Positions 1 to 9,876 of a DNA stretch of 64,000 nt are shown piece by piece (the first letter of the stretch is position 1; each line of letters begins with the position of its first letter). The stretch covers positions 4,448,001-4,512,000 of the forward strand of contig OZ244744.1 in the NCBI GenBank assembly GCA_965219455.1. The letters run 5' to 3'. The notes beneath the pieces were generated by a model. It searched no databases and was not told the DNA's origin. It saw only the letters and a program-made list of their open reading frames with translations. The position numbers and the translations under genes were made by a program. This stretch comes from Candidatus Latescibacterota bacterium. Its GTDB lineage: Bacteria > Latescibacterota > UBA2968 > GCA-2709665.

Positions 1-387
1 GACACCGGAGAAATCGACGAGGCCGAACAGGATCCGTTGGCGGCCTATGGTTCGGTGAGTCTGTTCGACCTGATGGCGGCGTTCAGAACAGCCCTCCTGG
101 CTGCGCCGAAAGAGGATTACCACGAGGTCCATCAGCTGGAAGTGACGACCGAGGACCGGATGGATGTCGTCCGGGACATACTGGAAAAAAGGCGCCGGGT
201 TCAGTTTTCGGATCTGGTTTCCGGTCTTCCGCGAATTGTCCTCATTGTCACTTTCATTGCCCTGCTCGAGCTGATTAAGACCGGGCGGGCTGTTGCCAGA
301 CAGAGCGGTTCTGAAGGTGAAATCTGGGTTTACAGACGGGATGAAAATAAATCAGAACCTGGTTCAGAATCGACCAACGAACATTGA
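1..387 (+). CDS. scpA: Segregation and condensation protein A, C-terminal part (5' end outside the window)
   Basis: Open frame from base 1. Ends in the kleisin C-terminal signature IVTFIALLELIK..A.QS...GEIWV. Lies directly upstream of scpB. Confidence 0.88.
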   Translation, partial: DTGEIDEAEQDPLAAYGSVSLFDLMAAFRTALLAAPKEDYHEVHQLEVTTEDRMDVVRDILEKRRRVQFSDLVSGLPRIVLIVTFIALLELIKTGRAVARQSGSEGEIWVYRRDENKSEPGSESTNEH

Positions 388-435
388 ACACGTATCGTTC
401 AACGGCGGCGTGTCACACGTCAAAGACCGCTTCAG

Positions 436-1221
436 ATGATCGAAAATTCGATCCAATCGAGTATTTTTGATATGGGCGAATCGTATGGCATAAACCCGGT
501 CGCGTCGGATGAAGACGCGCGCACTCAGGGTATTCTGGAGGCGATGTTGATGGCGGCGGACAGACCGCTCGGCGCCAGCCAGATCGCTTCGATGCTGGAT
601 GGCCTGCGGCCAGGAGACGTGCGTGCGCATGTGGATGACCTGAACGAGCAGTACGGCCGGACCGGGCGCAGTTTTAAAATTTCGGAGATTGCCGGCGGAT
701 TCCAGTTCATGGTGCATTCGGAATACGGCGCATGGATTCGCCGGCTTCTTAAAGAAAAGGCGCCCGTCCGGCTTTCGTCGGCAGCCCTGGAAACGCTTGC
801 CATCATCGTGTTCAAACAACCGGTAATGAAGGCCGAGGTGGAACACATTCGCGGGGTGTCGGTGGACGGGGTGGTGCGGCATCTGCTCGAGAAGGGATTG
901 ATCCGCATCGCCGGACGGTCGGATGCCCCCGGAAGGCCGCTGCTTTATGGGACGACGCGGGACTTTTTGAAGCACTTCGGATTGAAAACGTTGTCTGATT
1001 TGCCAAAGGTTCGGGAATTGGATGAGTTGCTGAACGAAAAGGCGGCCGCGGCGTCATCGCCAGGCAGTTTTCTGGAGGCGATGGGGCGCCCGGAGGAAGC
1101 GGCGGGGAATTCAGGCGACGGCTCCGAAAGCGGGTCCGGATCGGTCACGAGCCCCGGCGGTGCGGGTGCAGTGCCGGAGGTGCGCCGCGCCGGTGAGGAC
1201 GGAGGGAAACCGATTCCGTAG
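436..1221 (+). CDS. scpB: SMC-Scp complex subunit ScpB
   Basis: Motifs LEAMLMAADRPL, EIAGGFQF, LSSAALETLAIIVFKQPV..AEVEHIRGV, GRPLLYGTT..FLKHFGL..LSDLP. Start codon uncertain; low-complexity C-terminal tail. Confidence 0.93.
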   Translation: MIENSIQSSIFDMGESYGINPVASDEDARTQGILEAMLMAADRPLGASQIASMLDGLRPGDVRAHVDDLNEQYGRTGRSFKISEIAGGFQFMVHSEYGAWIRRLLKEKAPVRLSSAALETLAIIVFKQPVMKAEVEHIRGVSVDGVVRHLLEKGLIRIAGRSDAPGRPLLYGTTRDFLKHFGLKTLSDLPKVRELDELLNEKAAAASSPGSFLEAMGRPEEAAGNSGDGSESGSGSVTSPGGAGAVPEVRRAGEDGGKPIP

Positions 1222-1243
1222 CAATCAAGGGCGGAGGGTTGTG

Positions 1244-1924
1244 ATGGGCAAAAGGGGCATCGTGATTGCCATCGACGGTCCCGCGGGGTCGGGTAAAAGC
1301 ACAACGGCTCGATGTGTCGCCAACACGCTGGCGTACCTTTATCTGGATACCGGCGCCATGTACCGTGCGCTGGGGTGGGCCCTGATTCGGAAGGGTGTCA
1401 GACCGGACGATGCGGCCGCGGCGACCGAGACTGCCGCAACGCTGGAATTTGAATTTCGGCTGGAGGACGGCTGTCAGCGGGTTTTGATCAACGGCGAGGA
1501 TGTGACCGGCAGGATCCGTACTCCGAAGGTTGCTGATGCCGCCTCCCGGGTGGCGGTCCACCCCGCAGTCCGGAAGATTCTCGTGGCGCGCCAGCAGGAG
1601 ATGGGCGCCGACGGAGGCATTGTGCTTGAAGGCCGGGATACGGGTACGGCAGTTTTTCCTGGCGCCGATCTGAAAGTGTTTCTTGTGGCCGATGTCGCTG
1701 AGAGGGCGCGGCGGCAGCAACGGGCTCTGCTTGATCGAGGCGACCGGACGCATCTGGATGTCTTAATGGCTCAGATTCGGGAGCGAGACGCGCGAGACAG
1801 GGCAACGCAAAGGCGTACGGGATCGTGGCCGGCTTCGGATGCAATAAGGGTGGATACCACCGGCCTGAGTATCGACGCACAGGTCGCCCGCGTGGTGGCG
1901 CTTGCGTACGAAAGCGGAATTTAG
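1244..1924 (+). CDS. cmk: Cytidylate kinase
   Basis: IAIDGPAGSGKST P-loop, YLDTGAMYRA, IVLEGRDTGTAVFP.ADLKVFL. ATG at 1244 follows a GGAGG-like RBS. Confidence 0.95.
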   Translation: MGKRGIVIAIDGPAGSGKSTTARCVANTLAYLYLDTGAMYRALGWALIRKGVRPDDAAAATETAATLEFEFRLEDGCQRVLINGEDVTGRIRTPKVADAASRVAVHPAVRKILVARQQEMGADGGIVLEGRDTGTAVFPGADLKVFLVADVAERARRQQRALLDRGDRTHLDVLMAQIRERDARDRATQRRTGSWPASDAIRVDTTGLSIDAQVARVVALAYESGI

Positions 1925-1942
1925 GAGATTCACGGGCCCACG

Positions 1943-2617
1943 ATGCGCACCGACATTTACACCGGACGGCCGGGCAATCTCTTTTACCGGTTCATCTGGG
2001 CGCTTGGCGCCGGATCATGCACGTGCCTGTTTCGGCTTCGTATCGCCGGGCGTCATTTTGTGCCGCGTCGGGGCGGCGTCATTCTGGCGAGCAACCACGC
2101 CTCCTACGCAGATCCCGTATTTATCGGGGTTGCGGCAGCCCGGGAACTTTCGTATGTTACCAAGCAGGAAGCGTTTCCCGTTCCTGTTCTCGGCTGGCTG
2201 ATCCGGAGGCTGAACGCGCTGCCAATCGACCGGTCTCGTGGGGATCGGGGCGCGTTGCGGGGTATCGAACAGTGTCTCAAAGGGGGCGGTGCGATGTTTC
2301 TTTCGCCGGAGGGCACCCGCAACAAGAACTCCAGACTGAGGCCGCCCAAAGACGGCGTCGGTATGTTGGCGTACCGGGCGCGGGTTCCCGTGGTGCCGGT
2401 CTATATTTCCGGGACGGTCAACATCTGGACGAGTCTGATCGGGCTGAGCTGCGTGACGGTGCGGTTTGGAAAACCGATTCGGGTATCTCCTACCGGATTG
2501 CCCGCCAGGCGGCGGGCCGCCTACCATTCCATCAGTAGCGAGGTGATGCACGAAATACGTAACTTAAGGCCGCGCAGGCGCAATACCGGCCCGCCTGCAC
2601 CCGGTTCAGTGCGTTAG
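1943..2617 (+). CDS. plsC: 1-acyl-sn-glycerol-3-phosphate acyltransferase (PlsC family)
   Basis: SNHASYADP (HxxxxD), PIDR, PEGTR, VPVVPVYI motifs. Typical cmk-plsC-rpsA context. Confidence 0.88.
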   Translation: MRTDIYTGRPGNLFYRFIWALGAGSCTCLFRLRIAGRHFVPRRGGVILASNHASYADPVFIGVAAARELSYVTKQEAFPVPVLGWLIRRLNALPIDRSRGDRGALRGIEQCLKGGGAMFLSPEGTRNKNSRLRPPKDGVGMLAYRARVPVVPVYISGTVNIWTSLIGLSCVTVRFGKPIRVSPTGLPARRRAAYHSISSEVMHEIRNLRPRRRNTGPPAPGSVR

Positions 2618-2731
2618 CGCCGGTAAGGTTTCTGCGGAGATCCGGTCTCCGTCTTTTCCCGGTCGTTTTACGCCGAACCGCAAATCCGGGGCAACTGCCT
2701 CTTGCGGAACGGCCAAGGAGGTCGCTGTTTC

Positions 2732-4654
2732 ATGTCGGAAGAAAACAACACCGCAAGCCCGATCGTTTCCCAACTGTCGAGCGAGGAAGCACTGGAAGCG
2801 TTGGACGAGCGTGAATACTCGGAAGAGGAATTCGCCTCGATGATGAGTTTGTATGAAGATACGATGAGCAATATAACACAGGGCGAAATTGTCTCCGGAA
2901 CCGTTCTGGCCGTCGCGGATAACTCGGTCGTCGTCGATATCGGATTCAAGTCCGAAGGCGCCATACCGCTTTCAGAGTTTGCGGACCCGTCCGAAGTCGA
3001 GGTGGGGCAGGAAATCGAGGTCTATCTCGAAGACGTGGAAGACCAGGAAGGTCAAATTGTGCTGTCCAAACAGAAGGCTGACTTTATGCGGGTGTGGGAC
3101 CGTATAAAAGACGCCTACGACAGCGATCAGATCGTTGAAGGGCGGCTCGCGCGGCGTATCAAGGGCGGTATTGTGGTGGATCTGTTCGGCGTAGACGCTT
3201 TCCTGCCCGGATCGCAGATCGATATCAAACAGGTGAAGAATTTCGATCAGTTCATCGGCGAGGTCTTTCCCTTTCGCATCATCAAACTCAACAAGAACCG
3301 GCGTAATATCGTCGTTTCCAGGCGGGTCGTGCTGGAGGCCGAGCGGGAGCGCTTGCGCAAACAGATTCTTGAAACGCTGGAAGTCGGCCAGGTACGCGAA
3401 GGCGCGGTGAAGAACATCACGGACTTCGGTGGTTTTATCGACCTGGGTGGTCTGGACGGTCTGTTGCACATTACGGATATTTCCTGGGGCCGGATCGGAC
3501 ATCCTTCGGAAGTGTTGTCCATTGGCGACAACATACAGGTAAAGGTGCTCAACTACGACGAGGAGCGCGAGCGGATCTCCCTGGGAATGAAGCAACTTAC
3601 ACCGCATCCATGGGAAAATGTCGAGGACAAATACCCGGTTGGCGACAGGGTGGATGGCAAAGTCGTGAGTATCACGGACTACGGAGCGTTTGTGGAATTG
3701 GAGCAGGGCGTGGAGGGCCTGGTCCACATTTCGGAGATGTCCTGGACACAGCATATCCGTCATCCGTCCAAGCTTGTTTCCATTGGCGACCAGTTGAAGG
3801 TTGTGATTCTGAACGTGGACAAAGAGGGTCAGAAGATTTCGCTTGGCCTGAAGCAGACAACCGATGACCCCTGGCTTTCGCTGGACGAGAAATATCCCGT
3901 AGGTACCCGGCTGACGGGCCTGGTGCGCAACCTGGTCAATTTCGGCGCGTTTGTGGAAATAGAAGAGGGCATCGACGGCCTGGTCCATATTTCCGACATG
4001 TCATGGACCCGGCGTGTGCGTCATCCCAGCGACGTCGTCAAAAAGGGAGAAAACGTCGACGTGGTTGTTCTCAATATCGACAAAAAACGTCGTCGCATCT
4101 CCCTGGGCCACAAGCAGACCATTGAAAACCCCTGGTCTGAACTGGCCGTACAGTACGCGGTGGGTAAAATGACCGCGGGCAGGATCTCCCGGTTGCTCGA
4201 ACGCGGGGTCGTGGTCGACCTGGAAGGCGATGTCGAGGGTTTCATTCCGGTTTCGCAGTTGGGGCTGTCAGATCTGCAAACACCGCAGACCCACTTCTCG
4301 GAACAGGACGAGTTACCGCTCAAGGTCGTTGAATTCGATGAAGAGCAACGCAAGATCGTGTTGAGCGTGAAGGAATATATGCGCGACGCCGAACAGGCCG
4401 AGATCGATGCCTATATTGAAAGCCACCAGCCAAAACCCGTCACAGTGGGCGAGGTGGTGGGGGTTGCAGCGGATTCAGAAGAATCGACCGTGGATGCAGA
4501 TTCGGTTGCGGATCCCGAAGCCGGCGACGGAAAACCCGTCGAAGGGACGGAAGCCGAATCTACGGAGGACGTTCCCGGCGAAGACAGCCCGCCTTCCGTG
4601 GAGACTTCCCCTGCGACCGATGAGACGGAGGCCGCGTCGAAGTCGGATGTTTAG
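2732..4654 (+). CDS. rpsA: 30S ribosomal protein S1
   Basis: Six S1 repeats (DIGFKSEG, AFLPGSQID, ITDFGGFIDLGGLDGLLHITDISW, GLVHISEMSW, GLVHISDMSW) and an acidic tail. AGGAGG lies about 10 nt before ATG 2732. Confidence 0.98.
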   Translation: MSEENNTASPIVSQLSSEEALEALDEREYSEEEFASMMSLYEDTMSNITQGEIVSGTVLAVADNSVVVDIGFKSEGAIPLSEFADPSEVEVGQEIEVYLEDVEDQEGQIVLSKQKADFMRVWDRIKDAYDSDQIVEGRLARRIKGGIVVDLFGVDAFLPGSQIDIKQVKNFDQFIGEVFPFRIIKLNKNRRNIVVSRRVVLEAERERLRKQILETLEVGQVREGAVKNITDFGGFIDLGGLDGLLHITDISWGRIGHPSEVLSIGDNIQVKVLNYDEERERISLGMKQLTPHPWENVEDKYPVGDRVDGKVVSITDYGAFVELEQGVEGLVHISEMSWTQHIRHPSKLVSIGDQLKVVILNVDKEGQKISLGLKQTTDDPWLSLDEKYPVGTRLTGLVRNLVNFGAFVEIEEGIDGLVHISDMSWTRRVRHPSDVVKKGENVDVVVLNIDKKRRRISLGHKQTIENPWSELAVQYAVGKMTAGRISRLLERGVVVDLEGDVEGFIPVSQLGLSDLQTPQTHFSEQDELPLKVVEFDEEQRKIVLSVKEYMRDAEQAEIDAYIESHQPKPVTVGEVVGVAADSEESTVDADSVADPEAGDGKPVEGTEAESTEDVPGEDSPPSVETSPATDETEAASKSDV

Positions 4655-4682
4655 GATTCTCGGACAACCGGTTCGTTCGAAA

Positions 4683-4715
4683 CAAAGAGTTGGGGAGTTG
4701 TCCTCAACTCTTTGT
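4683..4715 (+). terminator. Stem-loop after rpsA, probable intrinsic terminator
   Basis: ACAAAGAGTTG-GGGA / TCCT-CAACTCTTTGT inverted repeat about 30 nt after the rpsA stop. The U-tract is short. Confidence 0.6.
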
Positions 4716-4758
4716 CGTATGGGCCCGACCGGTAACGTGGCGCTCGTTTCGACAAGCT

Positions 4759-4791
4759 CAACGCAGGCAACGCAAGCAACGCGCAACGCAG
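4759..4791. repeat. Four imperfect tandem CAACGC units
   Basis: CAACGCAGG CAACGCAAG CAACGCG CAACGCAG in the rpsA-mtaB intergenic region. Confidence 0.55.
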
Positions 4792-4971
4792 CGAGACGGG
4801 ATGAACCGGCGCCTGCTGTGCGTGCTGCCTCACGCACGCAGACAGGGAATAATGATGATATATTTCTGGAACAGGGAACGTGGTCCGGGCAAAAAGCCGG
4901 CAGTTTTTCTTCCGGCAGGTCGTGCCCGATGGACTTGAAGTGGTCGGCGGCAAAAACGAGGAAGTGGACGG

Positions 4972-6369
4972 ATGAACGGAAACGATAAAACCGTATCGTT
5001 TTATACCCTTGGCTGCAAGTTGAATACCTACGATACGGAATGGTACCGCGAGCAATTCAGACACGAGGGGTACCGGGAGGTGGCGTTTGGCCGGCCAGCG
5101 GATGTGACGGTGGTTAATACCTGCGCGGTGACGGGACAGGGTGCCGCACAGTCCAGACAGATGCTGCGTCGGGCGCATCGGATATCGCCCGACGGCACGT
5201 TGGTGGCCATGGGTTGTTATGCACAGACCGATCCGGATGTGCTGATCGATATGCCGGAAGTCGATCTCGTTGTCGGTACGGCGGAGAAGACCCGCCTGCT
5301 GGATCTGATCAACGATACCTGCTCCATTGGACGAAGTTACGTGACCCGACGCCGAACCGCTGAATTTCAGGAAATGGATATCTTCAATTTCGGGGGCAGG
5401 GCGCGTGCGTTCGTGAAGATCCAGGAGGGATGCAACGAGTTCTGCTCATTCTGCATCATTCCGTTTGCGAGGGGCCGGAGCCGGAGCCGCGGCCTTCAGA
5501 GCTGCCTGGATCAGGTGCAGCGGCTGGTGGATGTCGGTTACCAGGAGGTCGTCCTTGCGGGTGTGCATATTGGCGACTACGGCGCGGATCTGGACGGCCC
5601 CGTACTGCTGGATCTGTTTGAGGCCATCGAGCAGATGACGGGACTGCAGCGGTTTAGAGTGAGCTCGATCGAAGCGTCGTTCATAAGCGATGAAATGGTC
5701 GATTTCTTCTCGGCCTCGTCCAAGTTCTGCAGGCATCTGCATATTCCGCTCCAGAGCGGAGACGATGGGATTCTAAGATCAATGCGCAGGCCGTATACCC
5801 GGACGCGTTATCTCTCGCTGATCGAGACGCTGGCAGACCGGGTTCCCGAAATCGGCCTGGGTGCGGATGTGATGGTCGGATTCCCGGGTGAAACCGATGA
5901 GGCATTCGCCAATACGTTTGACCTGATCGACAAGGGCCCCCTGGCGTTCCTGCACGTGTTTCCCTTTTCGCCACGGAGCGGCACGGCGGCCGTGCGAATG
6001 GGCGGTGAGGTGGATTCCGCCGTGAAGAAGCGGCGAGGCGTGCGCCTCAGGAGACTGGGCACGCGGAAAACAGAAGCCTTCTGCCGTCGTTTTTCGGGGA
6101 GGACGATGCACGTACTTTTCGAAGACAGGCGCGAACCGGGCACCGGGTATCTGCAGGGCGTTACCGACAATTATATCCGTGTGTTCGCTTCTGGTCCCGA
6201 AAACGCGAAGAATTCAATCGTGCCTGTACGGCTCTTGGAAATGGGTCCCGACCGGGTCATCGGTGAGCTGGTTGGTGACGGTCCGGACACCGCCATAAAG
6301 GAGGTCTCCGTGTCCACGGGCGCGGATGGCGTTCCGGCCGCTGTATCTGGTGAGTTTCGGAATATCTGA
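4972..6369 (+). CDS. mtaB: tRNA threonylcarbamoyladenosine methylthiotransferase MtaB (UPF0004 + radical SAM + TRAM)
   Basis: TLGCKLNTYDT, VVNTCAVT, GCYAQ, radical SAM motif KIQEGCNEFCSFCIIP.ARG, HLHIPLQSG, DVMVGFPGET, LHVFPFSPR.GT, GVTDNY. Confidence 0.92.
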   Translation: MNGNDKTVSFYTLGCKLNTYDTEWYREQFRHEGYREVAFGRPADVTVVNTCAVTGQGAAQSRQMLRRAHRISPDGTLVAMGCYAQTDPDVLIDMPEVDLVVGTAEKTRLLDLINDTCSIGRSYVTRRRTAEFQEMDIFNFGGRARAFVKIQEGCNEFCSFCIIPFARGRSRSRGLQSCLDQVQRLVDVGYQEVVLAGVHIGDYGADLDGPVLLDLFEAIEQMTGLQRFRVSSIEASFISDEMVDFFSASSKFCRHLHIPLQSGDDGILRSMRRPYTRTRYLSLIETLADRVPEIGLGADVMVGFPGETDEAFANTFDLIDKGPLAFLHVFPFSPRSGTAAVRMGGEVDSAVKKRRGVRLRRLGTRKTEAFCRRFSGRTMHVLFEDRREPGTGYLQGVTDNYIRVFASGPENAKNSIVPVRLLEMGPDRVIGELVGDGPDTAIKEVSVSTGADGVPAAVSGEFRNI

Positions 6370-6445
6370 CTATATTCGTTCATATCCAGCCACAGGACGC
6401 CGGCGAGAGCGTTGCACTTGTATGAGCATTGATAGGCGCACTCGA

Positions 6446-7135
6446 ATGTTGACACGAATCTGGCGCATCAGCTTCCTCTGTTTCCTGGCTTTTCCGGGGA
6501 TTCCGTTACGTTCCGAACCCGCGGATCCGGTCGCGCTGTTCAGAGACGGGCAGTTTGACAGGGCCCGAGAGGCGTTCGCTCGCCGACTGAGCGCCGAGCC
6601 CGATAATCCGGAAGCACTGTATTATTTGGGGCGTCTGACCCTGGAGGGAGCCAAATCGCGGGAATATTTCGTACGGTTGCTGAAAACCCATCCCGGTCAC
6701 GAACTCGCGGACGACGCATTGTTTGAGTTGGCGGAAGCGGACTATGCCGGGCCCTCGGGGCGATACTTTAGTGCGGAGAACCGATACGGAAAGTTGCTGA
6801 ACGAATACGGCGGAAGCCCTCTGGCGCCCCTGGCGCACTACCGATTGGGGTCCGTTTACCTGATGACTCAGCGGCCGGACGCAGCGCTTGCCGAATTTCA
6901 GACCGTACTCGATGCGTCTCGTGTGGGTGTGTTCGGGAACGGGGAAAACCTGCGGCGCATTTCCCTGCGGTTGGCAGAAGCCGGATTCCCCGTGCAAGAA
7001 GAGGCAACGACCGTTCCCGATTTTCGGATCCTGATGGTCGGGCCATTTCCCGACCGGGCCGCCGCGTCACGGGAAAAGCCCCGCGTCGAGAAGGAGGCCG
7101 GGGTGGTTAATTGCATCATTGTTGAACGACAATAA
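6446..7135 (+). CDS. Exported TPR-repeat protein with C-terminal SPOR-like domain
   Basis: Signal-peptide-like N-terminus. TPR units (PDNPEALYYLG, ADDALFELAE, APLAHYRLG). C-terminal VGVF...N....L..AGF...MVGPF.DR..A resembles SPOR. Confidence 0.65.
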   Translation: MLTRIWRISFLCFLAFPGIPLRSEPADPVALFRDGQFDRAREAFARRLSAEPDNPEALYYLGRLTLEGAKSREYFVRLLKTHPGHELADDALFELAEADYAGPSGRYFSAENRYGKLLNEYGGSPLAPLAHYRLGSVYLMTQRPDAALAEFQTVLDASRVGVFGNGENLRRISLRLAEAGFPVQEEATTVPDFRILMVGPFPDRAAASREKPRVEKEAGVVNCIIVERQ

Positions 7136-7145
7136 GGAACGTCAG

Positions 7146-9788
7146 ATGGCAAGGCCAAGAGATGTCACCCCGGCAATGGAACAGTACCTTCGTTTCAAGG
7201 ACGAACACAGAGATGCTGTACTGTTGTTCAGAATGGGGGACTTCTATGAGACGTTTTATGACGACGCCAAGGAGATTTCCGGCCTTCTTGGGCTGACGTT
7301 GACTTCACGCAACAACGGCCGGGGTGGCGAAAGCGTGCCGATGGCTGGTGTGCCGCACCATGCAGTGGATACATATCTTGCCCGGTTGATCAAGGCCGGT
7401 CGCAAGGTGGCCATTTGCGAACAGATGGAACCGCCGCAGAAAGGCAAGGCGGTCGTGCGGCGCGAGGTCGTCCAGGTGGTATCTCCGGGTACCGCGCTCT
7501 CGGACAACCTGCTGGATCAAAATCGAAACAACTATCTGATGGGTCTCTGGGTCGAGTCGAACCGAATCGGCGCCGCGGTAACGGATCTGTCGACCGGCGA
7601 TTTTCGGGCTCTGGAACGGGATGCGGATGATCTGTGGGAGGTGCTGGAGCGAATCGGTCCTGCGGAGGTCCTCGCGCCCGAGTCATGGGCGAAAGCAAAT
7701 GAGGGTGCGGTGGCGCATCGTATGCCGGGTACCCTCCTCGTGCGAACGGAGGACTGGCATTTCGGATTTGCGTATGCGTACGATTTGTTGTTGGAACACT
7801 TCCGAGTGAATTCGTTAAAGGGCTTCGGTTGCGACCAGATGACGGTGGGCATCAGCGCGGCCGGGGCGGTGTTGGGGTATCTGAAGCAGAACCAGAAGGG
7901 GGCGGTTTCTCACATCACGCGCCTCTCACAGGAGGATGAGGGCGCATACATGGGTGTGGACCTCGTAACCCAGCGGAACCTGGAGCTGATTACGTCAATA
8001 CAGGAAGGCCGGCGGGAAGGTACGTTGCTGTCCCTATTGGACCGCACGTGTACCGCGATGGGGGCGCGGACGCTAAGGTTATGGCTGTCTCAGCCGCTAC
8101 TGGATATTTCCGGAATCGAAGCGAGGCAGGATGCCGTGGAAGACCTTGTACAGCATTCCGCAAGACGTGAATCGGTTCGCTCGGTCTTGAAACAGGTTGG
8201 GGATCTCGAGCGGTTGATGTCTCGCATCTGCTGCGGTCGCTGCAGCCCGAGGGACCTTGTGGCGCTTAAGGCGTCGCTCCAGGCCATACCCGGTCTGAGA
8301 GATACGCTGAAGGCGGCAACGGTAGACCTGCTGGTGAAGGCGCGGTGTCAGGGGATGCCGGATTTGAGCGACCTGATCGACCTGATCGACCGTACAGTGG
8401 TGGACGAGCCGCCGTTTCAATTGAGCGAAGGAGGCATCATCAGGGAGGGCCATAACGGGAAACTGGACGAACTCCGCGACGCGGCGTCCGGAGGCCGCCG
8501 GTGGGTGGCTGAATTGCAGGCCAAAGAGAGGGAGCGTACCGGCATTCCGTCGCTCAAGGTCGGGTACAACAGGGCGTTCGGGTACTTTATCGAAATTACA
8601 AAGGCGAATATGGATAAAGCTCCGGATGACTACCTGCGGAAGCAGACCCTGGTGAATGCGGAGCGCTTCATTACACCGGCGCTGAAAGAATGGGAGGCAA
8701 AGATTCTTGGCGCCGACGAACGAGCGAAGGAACTGGAAAAGGAGTTGTTTCAACAACTCAGAGTCGAAGTCGAGGGCTGGGTGGAAGATGTGCAACGTAC
8801 GGCGCGGGCCGTGGCGATGGTGGACGTGTTGGCCTGTCTGGCAGAGGTGGCCGCGGCGAACGACTACGTTCGGCCCGACGTGGACGATTCCACGGGAGTC
8901 GATATTCGTGAGGGTCGCCATCCGGTTGTTGAAGGGTTGCTGCCGACGGGTAAGTTCGTGCCCAACGATTTTTTCGTGGATGGCGAACACGACCAGGTGC
9001 TGATTATTACGGGCCCCAATATGGCCGGAAAATCCACGATGTTGAGACAGATCGGTCTGATTGTTCTGCTGGCGCAACTGGGCAGCTTTGTTCCGGCGGC
9101 GGCGGCGCGTGTCGGTGTGGTGGACCGTATTTTTACGCGGGTGGGGGCGTCTGACAACCTCGCCCGGGGCGAATCCACATTTCTTGTGGAGATGAACGAA
9201 GCGGCCAACATCCTGAACAACGCTACCCCCAGGAGCCTGGTGCTTCTGGATGAAATCGGTCGCGGTACCAGTACATTCGACGGGCTCAGCATCGCCTGGG
9301 CCATGACGGAATATTTACACAATACCGCGGCAATACAGCCGCGCACGTTGTTCGCCACGCACTATCATGAATTGACTGAACTCGAGGAACTGCTGCCGAG
9401 GGTGAAGAATTACAGCGTGGCGGTCAGCAAGGAAGGCGACAACGTGATGTTTCTGCACCGGCTGGTGCCCGGGGGATGCGATCACAGTTACGGCATCGAG
9501 GTGGCACGGCTTGCCGGAATGCCCCGCGAGTTGATCGCACGAGCCCGCGAAGTGCTACGCAGGCTGGAAGCAAACGACTTGACGCCGACCGGCGAAAAAA
9601 CGCAGGCGCCGGTGGTTCGTGAGCCTGCCGTCGCTAACGGGCAGATGAATCTGTTTGACCGGTCCCCGGAAGATCCGGTTCTGTCCGAGTTGCGCGGTCT
9701 GGATGTGGGCAGTACCACACCCCTTGAGGCGCTCGTGATTCTGGATCGCTGGAAAATGGAGATAGAAGACAGGAAAACCCGGTGCTGA
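7146..9788 (+). CDS. mutS: DNA mismatch repair protein MutS
   Basis: TPAMEQY, FRMGDFYE.F, ITGPNMAGKST Walker A, DRIFTRVGASDNLARGESTFLVEM, LDEIGRGTSTFDG, FATHYHEL, SYGIEVARLAG. Confidence 0.98.
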   Translation: MARPRDVTPAMEQYLRFKDEHRDAVLLFRMGDFYETFYDDAKEISGLLGLTLTSRNNGRGGESVPMAGVPHHAVDTYLARLIKAGRKVAICEQMEPPQKGKAVVRREVVQVVSPGTALSDNLLDQNRNNYLMGLWVESNRIGAAVTDLSTGDFRALERDADDLWEVLERIGPAEVLAPESWAKANEGAVAHRMPGTLLVRTEDWHFGFAYAYDLLLEHFRVNSLKGFGCDQMTVGISAAGAVLGYLKQNQKGAVSHITRLSQEDEGAYMGVDLVTQRNLELITSIQEGRREGTLLSLLDRTCTAMGARTLRLWLSQPLLDISGIEARQDAVEDLVQHSARRESVRSVLKQVGDLERLMSRICCGRCSPRDLVALKASLQAIPGLRDTLKAATVDLLVKARCQGMPDLSDLIDLIDRTVVDEPPFQLSEGGIIREGHNGKLDELRDAASGGRRWVAELQAKERERTGIPSLKVGYNRAFGYFIEITKANMDKAPDDYLRKQTLVNAERFITPALKEWEAKILGADERAKELEKELFQQLRVEVEGWVEDVQRTARAVAMVDVLACLAEVAAANDYVRPDVDDSTGVDIREGRHPVVEGLLPTGKFVPNDFFVDGEHDQVLIITGPNMAGKSTMLRQIGLIVLLAQLGSFVPAAAARVGVVDRIFTRVGASDNLARGESTFLVEMNEAANILNNATPRSLVLLDEIGRGTSTFDGLSIAWAMTEYLHNTAAIQPRTLFATHYHELTELEELLPRVKNYSVAVSKEGDNVMFLHRLVPGGCDHSYGIEVARLAGMPRELIARAREVLRRLEANDLTPTGEKTQAPVVREPAVANGQMNLFDRSPEDPVLSELRGLDVGSTTPLEALVILDRWKMEIEDRKTRC

Positions 9789-9876
9789 CGCGTGGCGCCG
9801 CGTCGATTGTGACACAGATGAACATCTTGAAGAACGCGGAAACTTGCCAGAACCGCGTGGTTCGTTTCTCTGGCGC

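Noticed and set aside
4407-4988. 193-aa ORF bridging rpsA and mtaB
   Set aside because: It overlaps rpsA out of frame, crosses the terminator-like hairpin and has low-complexity composition.
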